NCBI GenBank assembly: GCA_012271015.1 | Contig: JAAXHD010000105.1 | Coordinates: forward strand, 5,417 to 69,416 | Source of the DNA: Candidatus Poribacteria bacterium | Lineage (GTDB): Bacteria > Poribacteria > WGA-4E > WGA-3G | Reading direction: 5' to 3' | Length of the DNA: 64,000 nucleotides | In this document: positions 26,591 to 35,596 of the stretch, piece by piece | Numbering within the stretch: the stretch's first letter is position 1 | Layout: the number at the start of each line of letters is the position of its first letter | Notes under the pieces: generated by a model | Seen by the model: only the letters and a program-made list of their open reading frames with translations | Told to the model about the DNA's origin: nothing | Database searches by the model: none | Position numbers and translations under genes: made by a program

Positions 26591-26712
26591 GGCGGACAGG
26601 CACGGGGACCCGTCCGAACAGAGGTATTCAACGGTGGACGGGCACGGGGCCCCGTCCAAACAGTGGTAGTGGAGAAGTGGATGGGTACGGGGCCCCGTCC
26701 AAACAAGGGTAC
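26591..26712. repeat. array of three direct REP elements (43-nt period) immediately upstream of the RAYT
   Basis: GGCGGACAGGCACGGGGACCCGTCCGAACAGAGGTA, GGTGGACGGGCACGGGGCCCCGTCCAAACAGTGGTA and AGTGGATGGGTACGGGGCCCCGTCCAAACAAGGGTA. Each contains an imperfect palindrome GGACGGG...CCCGTCC. Confidence 0.75.
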
Positions 26713-26715
26713 TGT

Positions 26716-27351
26716 TTAAATTCGGTTTCCAGCCCAGAGTGCACCGCGTTGGATAACCGTCTGAAAACTCGGATTCTCAAGCACAGCCATATCGTGTCCG
26801 AGAGCGTAGTAGAACACCCTGCCCTCGCCAAACGTATGGTGAAACGCCATGACGTGCGTCTCATCTTTTGTTTCGTCGTAGGCGTACATGAGAGGGTGTG
26901 ATGCATCGGGATTGTGCTTTAGATAATAGAGTTCATCCGTCACCTCAAAATCGGCTAACCCTTCGGTAATCGGATGCTCGGTATCGCTCACATTCACGGT
27001 GAAGTCCATATAGGGGCTATGTCCGTCGAAGAACCCGTTGAGCATACCGTGGTAGCCTTCAGCTTCCCTGAACGAAGCCGCTGCGGTGTGCAATCCAAAA
27101 AATCCGCCACCCGTTTGGATATAGTTGAGGAGTCCGGTTTCTTGCGCCGCTGTGAGTTCCCCGACATCGGTGTAGAAGAGCAGGGCGTCGTATTTGTCAA
27201 GCCCCTTCGCAAGTATGTTATAGTCTTGCGAGAAATCGGCTTCAATATTATCGGTGTCGTTAAGCATTGCTGTCAAGAACTGTCCGTTCCCGGCATGATC
27301 GTGGTAAATCCCTTCTGTCCCGACAAATATGAGCAGTTTAAGAGTCTCCAT
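26716..27351 (-). CDS. ThuA-domain (trehalose-utilisation-like) protein
   Basis: The 211-aa product shows LLIFVG..GIYHDH, YDALLFY, GGGFFGLHTAAASF and HPIT.GL.DFEVTDELY, typical of ThuA-like class I glutamine-amidotransferase-fold proteins. Confidence 0.75.
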   Translation of the reverse strand: METLKLLIFVGTEGIYHDHAGNGQFLTAMLNDTDNIEADFSQDYNILAKGLDKYDALLFYTDVGELTAAQETGLLNYIQTGGGFFGLHTAAASFREAEGYHGMLNGFFDGHSPYMDFTVNVSDTEHPITEGLADFEVTDELYYLKHNPDASHPLMYAYDETKDETHVMAFHHTFGEGRVFYYALGHDMAVLENPSFQTVIQRGALWAGNRI

Positions 27352-27371
27352 CTTTTAATTTTTCCTTGTGG

Positions 27372-27481
27372 TTCGATCAAATAGATTTGATGAATGAAGT
27401 GCCTTTCCGTAGACCTAGGGGAAACACCCAAGCAAAACCTCTCCATTTCATTACGAGCTTCGTTTTCGATACTACAAATTC
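27372..27481. repeat. insertion-like element of about 110 nt carrying the 24-nt core, bracketed by a duplicated leader motif
   Basis: Core CTAGGGGAAACACCCAAGCAAAACC lies at 27415-27440. CTTTTAATTTTTCCTTGTGG (27352-27371) and TAATTTTTCCTTGCGG (27482-27497) flank it as direct repeats. Confidence 0.5.
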
Positions 27482-27516
27482 TAATTTTTCCTTGCGGATT
27501 TTTAATTTTACCGCCG

Positions 27517-28548
27517 CTAATAATTAGGCAACACGAGAACTTTGACCGATCCGTGTTCATCACGTCCAGCGGCGACTGCGAATGCTTGTGCAACGTCGTC
27601 TAAGTCGAACTGATGCGTAATCAGTGGATTCGGATCGAGTTTGCCAGCAGCGAGTAAGTCGATGGCGACTTGGAACTCCGTTTTTCCGCCCCGTCTGCCG
27701 TAACAGAACGACCAGATCACTGTGAGTTCTCGACTCCGTGCAAACCGTTCTGAAAAAGAGAGCGGGGTGCGATGCCCGCCTACCATACAGATGCGTCCTC
27801 GTTTCGCGGCGATCTCTGTCGCCTGTTCCAGTGTATTCGCCGACCCACCAACTGCCTCAAAGACAACATCCGCCCCTCTTCCATCACTCCAATCCTTGAT
27901 AGCCTCGGCAGCATTCGTCTTATCCACATTGATAGGCACGGCTCCGACTGCCTCGTGTGCGATCTGTATGGGACCATCCGGCTTGCCCAACATGGCGATA
28001 GAGGTTGCGCCCGCGACATCGGCTACCTGAGCGATTGTCAACCCAACGGGACCGCTTCCGATAATGGCAACACGGTCTCCAGGCGATACCATCGCTCTGT
28101 TGACGGCATGGACTGCTACTGCGTAAACCTCTGCTAATGCACCGCCTTCCGCAGAGACACTATCCGGCAGTGTGTATACGTTTGGCGTACGGGCGACCAT
28201 AAACTCGGCAAAACCGCCGCCACCGTGCCGCAGATTCCCACAGATATTGTAATAGCCATTGAAGCATTCGGGACAGTTGTTACAAGGTGTGATCGGTTCA
28301 ACCGCTACACGAGTCCCTTTTTCATACGTTGTAACGTCTCTACCTATGTCGATAATCTCTCCCATCAATTCATGTCCACCAATGCGTGGTGACAGGGGTT
28401 TTTCGGGTTGATGATGATACCCGTGCAGATCGCTACCACAGATACCTGCTGCTTCTACTTGGACTAACACTTGTCCTTCTTCGGGTGTTGGATCCGGTAC
28501 CGTTTCGACCCTTATGTCTTTTCCACCGTAAAATTGAGCCGCTTTCAC
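27517..28548 (-). CDS. Zn-dependent alcohol/polyol dehydrogenase (MDR family)
   Basis: GICGSDLHGY, GHELMGEI, CNNCPECFNGYYNIC and IIGSGPVGL. The start is reassigned to GTG 28548 (GAGGAG 6 nt upstream, promoter at 28582-28610) instead of the 399-aa ORF start. Confidence 0.8.
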   Translation of the reverse strand: MKAAQFYGGKDIRVETVPDPTPEEGQVLVQVEAAGICGSDLHGYHHQPEKPLSPRIGGHELMGEIIDIGRDVTTYEKGTRVAVEPITPCNNCPECFNGYYNICGNLRHGGGGFAEFMVARTPNVYTLPDSVSAEGGALAEVYAVAVHAVNRAMVSPGDRVAIIGSGPVGLTIAQVADVAGATSIAMLGKPDGPIQIAHEAVGAVPINVDKTNAAEAIKDWSDGRGADVVFEAVGGSANTLEQATEIAAKRGRICMVGGHRTPLSFSERFARSRELTVIWSFCYGRRGGKTEFQVAIDLLAAGKLDPNPLITHQFDLDDVAQAFAVAAGRDEHGSVKVLVLPNY

Positions 28549-28581
28549 AATAGTCTCCTCAAATGTTAATAGTTTGTTTGG

Positions 28582-28610
28582 AATATAGCATGGAATCGGA
28601 ATTGCGTCAA
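28582..28610 (-). promoter_or_regulatory. candidate sigma70-type promoter for the ADH/ThuA operon
   Basis: On the minus strand: TTGACG (28610-28605), a 17-nt spacer, then TATATT (28587-28582), about 35 nt upstream of GTG 28548. Confidence 0.45.
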
Positions 28611-29031
28611 CACAAGTTTCGGCAGGAGTAGGGTCATTTATAGTGATCTTTAGAATTAAGCGGTGTCTTGACGAGGCGGCACTGAAAAAATATATTGCTG
28701 ATTTCCCGGACCTCACCTAAAACGAACGCGCGACACATTTCGGTGTTTCCGTGTCTTCTATCGGTTATGGATTGCGAAAACATAGTTTGCACTACAAATA
28801 TCAAACTCACGTAATGTGCAAAGGTAATTATAGGCTTTACTATAATCACCTAAAATTTTTTTTCACATCATGTAACGTTTTGCCTGAAAAATGTGTCTTT
28901 AATATATGTAGGAGCATACTTGTCTGAACCGTAGTGTATTGCACAAAGTCCGGGGCGCAATATCTGATTGAATACTTTGGTGGATGCAACCACGACCAAA
29001 CCGGTTCATGAGTTCATGAGGAGAGAATTCC

Positions 29032-29940
29032 GTGGAGAGAGAAGACGATGTTCAATTGATTCATGCCGTTTTATCAGGCGACGACTCAGCATTCGACATT
29101 TTAGTTGGAAAATACCAAAAAAGCGTTCACGCCCTCGCGTGGCGGAAAATCGGTGATTTCCACTATGCGGAAGAAATTACGCAAGATACCTTCCTCCGCG
29201 CTTATCAAAAACTTTCAACACTGAGAAATCCGAGCCAATTTCCTGTGTGGTTGTCCGTCATTGCGAATCGGCTTTGTCTGAATTGGCTACGCAAACAAGA
29301 ACCTGAGGAGGAAATCCAATCATTGGAGGACACACCTATGGAAGACGTGATGAAATCTGATTATGCACGTTACGTATCCGAACAGCGCGAGATGGAAGCG
29401 ACTGAACAGCATTTTGAGATCGTCAAAAAACTTTTGGAAAAATTGCCGGAGGGTGAGCGGACAGTGATGACGCTTTATTATCTCGGCGAAATGACAACGA
29501 AGGAGATTAGCAAATTCTTGGGGGTATCGGGGGAGACAATAAGGACTCGACTCCATCGCGCCCGAAAACGGTTACAAGAAGATGAAGAACTCTTGATCCA
29601 AGAAGTTCTTGGTGGTGTGCAGATACCCTCAAGTATAAATCAGAACATCATGCAAAAAATTGTTGACCTGAAACCGACACCTTCTCTGAAAATAGAACCC
29701 TTCTTGACGAAGGTGGCTGTTGGAACTGTTTTTGTTGTAGCAACCCTATTGATTCTCAGTGTCAGCAACCAATACCTTCCACATTTTCAGAAACTTTACA
29801 CTGTTTACTTTCCGCGCAGTGATGAAGATACAAAAGATGAACAGGCTTCCGCTGCTGATTTTACAATACTCTTGTGTGCAATCGCAGGGGTCCAGCAATT
29901 GCTGAGAGTTCACAGCAACAAGGAAGGGCGTAAGTCCTAA
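29032..29940 (+). CDS. ECF-type sigma-70 factor with a C-terminal extension containing a transmembrane segment
   Basis: Region 2 (FDILVGKYQKSVHALAWRKIGDFHYAEEITQDTFLRAY) and region 4 (RTVMTLYYLGEMTTKEISKFLGVSGETIRTRLHRARKRL). About 110 extra residues follow, including the hydrophobic VAVGTVFVVATLLILSV. Confidence 0.8.
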   Translation: MEREDDVQLIHAVLSGDDSAFDILVGKYQKSVHALAWRKIGDFHYAEEITQDTFLRAYQKLSTLRNPSQFPVWLSVIANRLCLNWLRKQEPEEEIQSLEDTPMEDVMKSDYARYVSEQREMEATEQHFEIVKKLLEKLPEGERTVMTLYYLGEMTTKEISKFLGVSGETIRTRLHRARKRLQEDEELLIQEVLGGVQIPSSINQNIMQKIVDLKPTPSLKIEPFLTKVAVGTVFVVATLLILSVSNQYLPHFQKLYTVYFPRSDEDTKDEQASAADFTILLCAIAGVQQLLRVHSNKEGRKS

Positions 29941-30049
29941 AATATGATGAAGCACGCAGTGAAGTGTGCAGGGGCATGCATCCCTACTGCCCCAAGATGT
30001 TTAATATACGAATGTTTTTTAGTTTGATTGAAATGGAGGAAAATTAGAA

Positions 30050-32869
30050 ATGTTGTCTAACACATGGACATTTCCCTTAACAAGTTTAGTTGTGCTGCTA
30101 GCATTCACTTTCGTTGCGCCGCAGGCACTTGCCGATGATTTTAAAGTGGAACTTAGCATAGAGGATGTCAGTTTTGCTGATAAAAGTTTCCCTGAATATC
30201 AGCATGATATCCAAGTGGAACTTAACATAAACACGAGTGTTTATGTTAAGTTTGATAAGGCCGTGGATTATAGAGGGGGTGATTGGCGGGATCTTCCTGC
30301 CGATGATCCAAACTATGATACCTTCAAAGATACAGGGGTTTTTACCCATCACGATGTTGTGGTCCTAATTTATAACCACATTGGACAGGTGTATACAACC
30401 TTGACCGGCGCAAATAATGTCGTTATTGAACCAAGGTATCCGAATCGACATAATGGTCAAAACTACACGATAACGTTTAATATACTTGGTAATACCCCCA
30501 CTATAAAAGACGGCAACAGAGTGTTCGTCTCTATCAAACAAGGCGGAGTAACGGCTGTGGATCCTACAGTTGCTGAAGCGGATAGCGAGAATGCCGAGGG
30601 ATCGGTAGCGTTTGATTTGGTCTATGGAGATGGACAGAACGTAGACGCTGACGGGTTTTATGACCCAACTGGCCTAGGACCAATTGCCAATAATCCAGCG
30701 GTGTATGGGATTTCGACAACAGCTCTACGTGCCCGCTCTGGGGTCACTGAACCTTTTGAAGTTACAATCCGGCTGAGTGAGAAGCCGAAAGAAGGCACCC
30801 TCACAACAGCTCATATTAATGTTACAGAGGGAAAAGCCACTGAAGTTTTCTTTTTACAATTTGTGAATGCTACTTTATTCACTCAGGCGGATGGAAGGTA
30901 CCATCCTCCTACTGGGCGAGGTCCAGGGCATCGATATTATGATTACCTTGTAACAATCGAGCCGAAATTCGAGAACATGAACGACATCGTCATCAAGGTG
31001 AACGCGTTTGAGGACCTCGTCAAACCTAATAATTCTTTCCATCGCCATGCCCCTTACAAGTACACACCCCCGACATCTGAAAATAAGTATGTGGAGGGTT
31101 TTGATAAGCTCACCGTCAAGGTGGGCAAAGAGGTGCTGAAAGACATAACCCCTGGTCTTGAGGTTTTCCTTCCCAACGAAACCCGTATTCCTGCCAGTGG
31201 GTTCACTGTTTTTGCGAAAAACAATGGCGGTTCGGGTATCAAGGATAACCCTGAAAATGATAAGGACGAACCCAAGTCGACTGCGCGGACCCCTGCCCAA
31301 TTGCTGTATAATCTCGTTGAGTTAGGTGGATTGCCGAACTTGGAAACCTTCCTCGCCAACGGTGGGACGATAGATCTCGTGGGTTCGGGTCTTTACATCA
31401 GTGAAATTATGTGGGGTTCGGATTCAAGCCTTAAACCGAACAATAACAGTCAATGGATTGAGATCGCCAACAGCGGTGCTTCGAGCATCCTGACAGGCGA
31501 TAAGACGCATAAGTTAATCTTCTACGGTCCCAATGAAACGCTCCCCGCTGTCAGCACGGTCGCGGATCGTGTTGGCACTGTGGGTGCGGGTGGCTACTGG
31601 TCGATCGCCGGTAAAGGTCAAAGCGGTCGGACGGGTACGGATGAGCAAGCCGCAGCCGTTGTTGCTGTTGTGCCGACACAAGCCCTCGTTTCGATGCAAC
31701 GTTTGATGGGTGCCGATGGCACGATGGCGAGCAGTTGGGTAGCGTCTACGGCTCCGGCACTGAACTTTGATGCGTCTAAAGTAGGCACACGTGTGGGTTC
31801 CCCCGGTGCTGCTCCTGTTGCGTATCCAGTGGCACCGACCCCGGAACCCGACCCTGTTGCTGTTCCTGTTGCGATGCCCGCGGATATCATGATTACCGAA
31901 ATCATGGTAGACACGGGTGACGGCAGACTCCCACAGTGGATTGAACTCACCAACGTCTCTGGTGCAGAAGTCAGTCTCGCAGGCTGGTCTGTTGCCATCC
32001 TCAACGCTGAGGCAGATGCCGATGCAATCGGTAGTTCCGTGAGTGTGAACCTGAGCGGCACGCTCGGTGTTGGCGGCGGTAAAGATAGAGGCGGCACGAT
32101 TGGGAAAACCCTCTTGTTGGTCGCTTGGAATAGCCGGAGCTCCAGCAACTTAGCGGGAAGTGCCCGTGTCGTGAACGTCGCAAGCCAAGTCGGTCAGACG
32201 GGTCGGTATAAACTCATCAGCAATATGAGTTTCATGATCGCACTCGTGCCACCGCAAACCTCTGGCGTGCTCACTTATGGCGACACAGCCGGTAACCTTG
32301 ATGGAGGTTGGGAACTCCCGATGTCCGATGGGGCCCGGAGTTCGCTGATCCGTCGTGAGATGCTCAAAGCTGGCACAGCCACGATGGGCACAGATGCTAA
32401 CGGGTGGGTCCTCGCATCCAGCACGTCATTGGTCTCTGGACCCGCAACGTGGTATGGCAGCGATGAAGACGCTGGCACCCCCGGCTATGACGCGGGTGGT
32501 CCGCTACCTGTAGAACTTTCACATTTCCGTCCTGCCCGTGATGACGCGGGAGCCGTGGTGATCACCTGGTCGACGCAATCCGAGTTGAACAACGCTGGAT
32601 TCTTTATCAAGCATTCACAACAACGCGACGGTCAGTTCAAGGTCATCAACCCGACGATGATCGCGGGTGCTGGCACAACGAGTGAAAAGCAGTTCTATAC
32701 CTACACGGATACGACTGCGCAACCGAATGTCGTCTACTGCTACCAGATAGAGGACGTATCTCTTGATGGTAATCGTCAGACGCTGACACGTGGCATCCGC
32801 CTGAAAGGGCATATAGGTGCTGCGGGTAAAGCGACGACGACGTGGGGCGACTTGAAGACACAAGAGTAA
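30050..32869 (+). CDS. large secreted protein with two lamin-tail-domain (LTD)-like modules and a C-terminal beta-sandwich sorting-like domain
   Basis: Signal peptide (LTSLVVLLAFTFVAPQALA). LTD-like motifs ISEIMWGSD...QWIEIANSG and ITEIMVDTGDGRLPQWIELTNVSGAEVSLAGWSV. The C-terminus reads LPVELSHFRP......VITWSTQSELNNAGFFI...YCYQIEDVSLDGN. Confidence 0.7.
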   Translation: MLSNTWTFPLTSLVVLLAFTFVAPQALADDFKVELSIEDVSFADKSFPEYQHDIQVELNINTSVYVKFDKAVDYRGGDWRDLPADDPNYDTFKDTGVFTHHDVVVLIYNHIGQVYTTLTGANNVVIEPRYPNRHNGQNYTITFNILGNTPTIKDGNRVFVSIKQGGVTAVDPTVAEADSENAEGSVAFDLVYGDGQNVDADGFYDPTGLGPIANNPAVYGISTTALRARSGVTEPFEVTIRLSEKPKEGTLTTAHINVTEGKATEVFFLQFVNATLFTQADGRYHPPTGRGPGHRYYDYLVTIEPKFENMNDIVIKVNAFEDLVKPNNSFHRHAPYKYTPPTSENKYVEGFDKLTVKVGKEVLKDITPGLEVFLPNETRIPASGFTVFAKNNGGSGIKDNPENDKDEPKSTARTPAQLLYNLVELGGLPNLETFLANGGTIDLVGSGLYISEIMWGSDSSLKPNNNSQWIEIANSGASSILTGDKTHKLIFYGPNETLPAVSTVADRVGTVGAGGYWSIAGKGQSGRTGTDEQAAAVVAVVPTQALVSMQRLMGADGTMASSWVASTAPALNFDASKVGTRVGSPGAAPVAYPVAPTPEPDPVAVPVAMPADIMITEIMVDTGDGRLPQWIELTNVSGAEVSLAGWSVAILNAEADADAIGSSVSVNLSGTLGVGGGKDRGGTIGKTLLLVAWNSRSSSNLAGSARVVNVASQVGQTGRYKLISNMSFMIALVPPQTSGVLTYGDTAGNLDGGWELPMSDGARSSLIRREMLKAGTATMGTDANGWVLASSTSLVSGPATWYGSDEDAGTPGYDAGGPLPVELSHFRPARDDAGAVVITWSTQSELNNAGFFIKHSQQRDGQFKVINPTMIAGAGTTSEKQFYTYTDTTAQPNVVYCYQIEDVSLDGNRQTLTRGIRLKGHIGAAGKATTTWGDLKTQE

Positions 32870-32903
32870 ACTCAGGAATATTCTAACTAACCTACCCAAA
32901 GAC

Positions 32904-32939
32904 AGAGCGATGGACCTCGGTTCATCGCTCTTGTTTTTT
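32904..32939 (+). terminator. rho-independent terminator after the LTD protein gene
   Basis: AGAGCGATG-(10-nt loop)-CATCGCTCT is a perfect 9-bp stem followed by TGTTTTTT. Confidence 0.8.
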
Positions 32940-33074
32940 AATTCATTGTCTGAATCAGGATTTACAGGATTCAAGGATTTGCAGGATTGATTTTTCGATA
33001 GTAGCAACTTTCGGTCGCGATATTCCGCTAAGCCTATAGGAATGGTATGGATATAGAAACGTATGGAATTTCGC

Positions 33075-33117
33075 TTGACTTCTAAAAGAGAAATGAATAA
33101 AATCAGAAGAGTATAAT
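33075..33117 (+). promoter_or_regulatory. candidate promoter region for the oxidoreductase gene at 33137
   Basis: TTGACT at 33075-33080, 17 nt, then TAAAAT at 33098-33103. A consensus TATAAT at 33112-33117 is an alternative -10 hexamer. Confidence 0.4.
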
Positions 33118-33136
33118 ATCTGATGAGGAGATAAAG

Positions 33137-34195
33137 ATGAGAACAGTTAAATTAGGCTTGATTGGGGCGGGTGGTATCTCAGGAGCACACTGTCGAACGC
33201 TTGCTGAGATTGAAGATGCCGAAATTATTGCCGCCGCCGACATCGTCCCTGCAAACCTGGAGCGTGCGCAAGAACAGTGGGGCATCAAGCGTACGTTCAC
33301 TGATTACAACGAAATGCTCAAAATGGATGAGATTGAGGCGGTGTACGTTTGTACCCCCACAGGTGTGCATGCGGCACCTACCGTCGCCGCGCTGAACGCT
33401 GACAAACATGTCTTTTGCGAGAAGCCGATGGAAGCGACGTTGGACGCTGCCGCCTCAATGTGGCGTGCTGCAAAAGAAAACGATAAAATCCTCATGATCG
33501 GTTTGAAACTCCGATATTCACCACAGGTCATTAAGGCGAAAGAGATCGTTGACGCTGGCACTCTTGGCGATATTTACTACGTCGAAACAGTTGCAGACCG
33601 GCGGCGTGGGAACCCAGGTGGTAGTTTTATCCGTAAGGCGACAGCCGGTTTAGGTGCGTCTGCAGACATCGGTGTTTACGCGTTGGATACCGCTCTCTAT
33701 CTAATGGGGCATCCCAAGCCTGTAGCGGTCTCTGGTATTACTTCTAACTATCTGAGCCTACACAACACGTGGAATCCGGCACTTAAAGAGACTGAAGTTG
33801 AAGATTTCGGTGTCGGCTGGGTGGTTTTCGAGAACGGTGCGCGTATGGTCTTCAAAACGTGCTGGTGCATGAACATGGATTCGCTTGGCGGAACGATTTT
33901 CCTCGGCAAAAAAGCGGGACTCCGACTTGGTATTGGCGAAGTCCGTGGACCGCAGGACGGTGTACGCGTTTATGGCGACAAAGATGGTGAAATTTTTGAT
34001 CAGGAATTCACCGAGTTTGAACCAGTGAGTGTATTCCATGAGGAGGACACTGCGTTTATTGACGCTGTCCGCGAAGGGAAACCGTCACCGATTGATCCTT
34101 ATAGTGTGATGCTCTCAAACGTTATCATTCAGGGTGTCATCGACTCCTCGAACGCTGGTGGACGTGAAGTCGCGGTGACCGTGCCAACGCTGTAA
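33137..34195 (+). CDS. Gfo/Idh/MocA-family oxidoreductase
   Basis: VKLGLIGAGGISGAH Rossmann motif and HVFCEKPM consensus. 352 aa. Confidence 0.85.
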   Translation: MRTVKLGLIGAGGISGAHCRTLAEIEDAEIIAAADIVPANLERAQEQWGIKRTFTDYNEMLKMDEIEAVYVCTPTGVHAAPTVAALNADKHVFCEKPMEATLDAAASMWRAAKENDKILMIGLKLRYSPQVIKAKEIVDAGTLGDIYYVETVADRRRGNPGGSFIRKATAGLGASADIGVYALDTALYLMGHPKPVAVSGITSNYLSLHNTWNPALKETEVEDFGVGWVVFENGARMVFKTCWCMNMDSLGGTIFLGKKAGLRLGIGEVRGPQDGVRVYGDKDGEIFDQEFTEFEPVSVFHEEDTAFIDAVREGKPSPIDPYSVMLSNVIIQGVIDSSNAGGREVAVTVPTL

Positions 34196-34376
34196 TACTG
34201 TATAACGAGATCTCTCTACCTTGCGGCTCGTTTCTGTTGCTTGGTTTACTATCTTTTGTCACCCTCATAGACTCTATATAGTATGTCCAGAACGCGGCGG
34301 AATTCACACGTCCATGTTCAACTGCAACCCATGCTTTGGTGAGGTGTTCCCCGTAAAACGGACAGAGGTTTTTAAG

Positions 34377-35545
34377 ATGAAGTCCATTAAAATTGCGGAA
34401 AGAGAATTTGCATTGGGGTCTCGATTCGCGCGCTTATTTGCGTTTTTCATCGATGGAACGCTCTCAGCGAGTATCCTATTGGTTCTATTCCTTCTTATCG
34501 AAACAGTGGGGTTTCCTTTTCATATTGGATTGCTCAGTGCATTATTGTGGATATTAGGACCGAAAACTAAACTGCCAATAAACGTATTGGTTGCCGCGCA
34601 AGTGCTTTTAGTTTTTCTTTTAGGACCGTTGGGAAATAACAATCCGGATACTTTAGCCTTAGGCGGTACGGCTTTGTGGGGAGCCGGTATGTCTCTCATG
34701 GACGGTTTCAAAAACGGACAGGGACTTGGCAAGAAACTGCTGTCCTTACAAGTGCTAAGATTGAAAGACAGTAAACCGTGTACTTTCAAAGATTCTTTCA
34801 TTCGTCGACTCACAAGCATCTTTCAACCACTGGATTCCCTCTGGACACTTGGAAAAAACCGGCAGCGGATGGGAGACAAATTTGCCGAAACAGTTGTCGT
34901 GAAGTTTGAGACTGAACCAGAACAGATCGAAACAGAAACCGAAGATCCTGAGAAGATCTTGGAGAGTGCTATCGTTGAGATGAGGAGTCGGCTTTCAGAC
35001 GCGCGGGAGAAGGTTGATGCCTCTGTCGGCATCGAGAAACAATTTCAGGACACCTATGAAGGGGCGGTTGCTCAAGCAGAACAGTGGCAAGAACAGGCGA
35101 TTATCTCTCTTGGAGCCGGACGTGAAGATCTGGCACGCGAAGACATCGAAAAACGAAACGAATACCGACGATTAGCAGATCAATACAAAAGCAATGGGAA
35201 GGTCAGAAACAGATCGTCCGGGATCTCAGTGATCTTCTTGAGCATCTTCAACAGAGAATGATGGAGGCGGAAAGTAAGAAAGCGGTTGTCATGGCACAAC
35301 ACAGAAACATTGATGCTGAAGTACATCTGCGTGAGATGCTAAAAGAGATACAGGAGAGTAAAGCATTTGATGCGCTTGTAAAGACGGAGCAGGATGCGAC
35401 TGAGGCGACCACTTTGGCAAAAGCAGCAGCTGAAGTAGATGTAGCATACCAGGAAATGAAATTAGAACGTGAGTTTTCGAGCTATGCTGAAGAGGCATCA
35501 ATTGACAAGGATATCGCTGAATTAAAGGCGAAATTGCCGAAGTGA
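34377..35545 (+). pseudogene. RDD-domain / PspA(IM30)-domain fusion protein, copy 1, interrupted by a 1-nt frameshift
   Basis: Same architecture as copy 2. The reading frame is lost at about 35191-35194: AAAAGCAATGGGAAGG here versus AAAACGCAGTGGGAAGA in copy 2. Downstream ORF 35258..35545 continues the PspA domain in the shifted frame. Start is set at ATG 34377 (MKSIKIAE). Confidence 0.6.
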
Positions 35546-35596
35546 TAATCCAGTGGATATGTGGAAAAAACACAAAAAGATTTTCAGGATTTGAAG

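Noticed and set aside
26591-26712. Regularly spaced 36-nt repeats here (and at 42341-42413) that could be mistaken for a small CRISPR array.
   Set aside because: There are only two or three units, the spacers are only about 7 nt, the units are palindromic REP-type, and they sit next to a RAYT gene. No cas genes are present.
28549-28716. 56-residue N-terminal extension of the Zn-ADH ORF (the 399-aa version).
   Set aside because: MDR dehydrogenases start at the MKA..-type strand. GTG 28548 has a GAGGAG RBS, and a TTGACG-17-TATATT promoter lies inside the supposed extension.
34221-34376. 52-residue N-terminal extension of RDD-PspA copy 1.
   Set aside because: Copy 2 starts at the homologous MKSIKI with an identical nucleotide context. 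The extension has no counterpart in copy 2.
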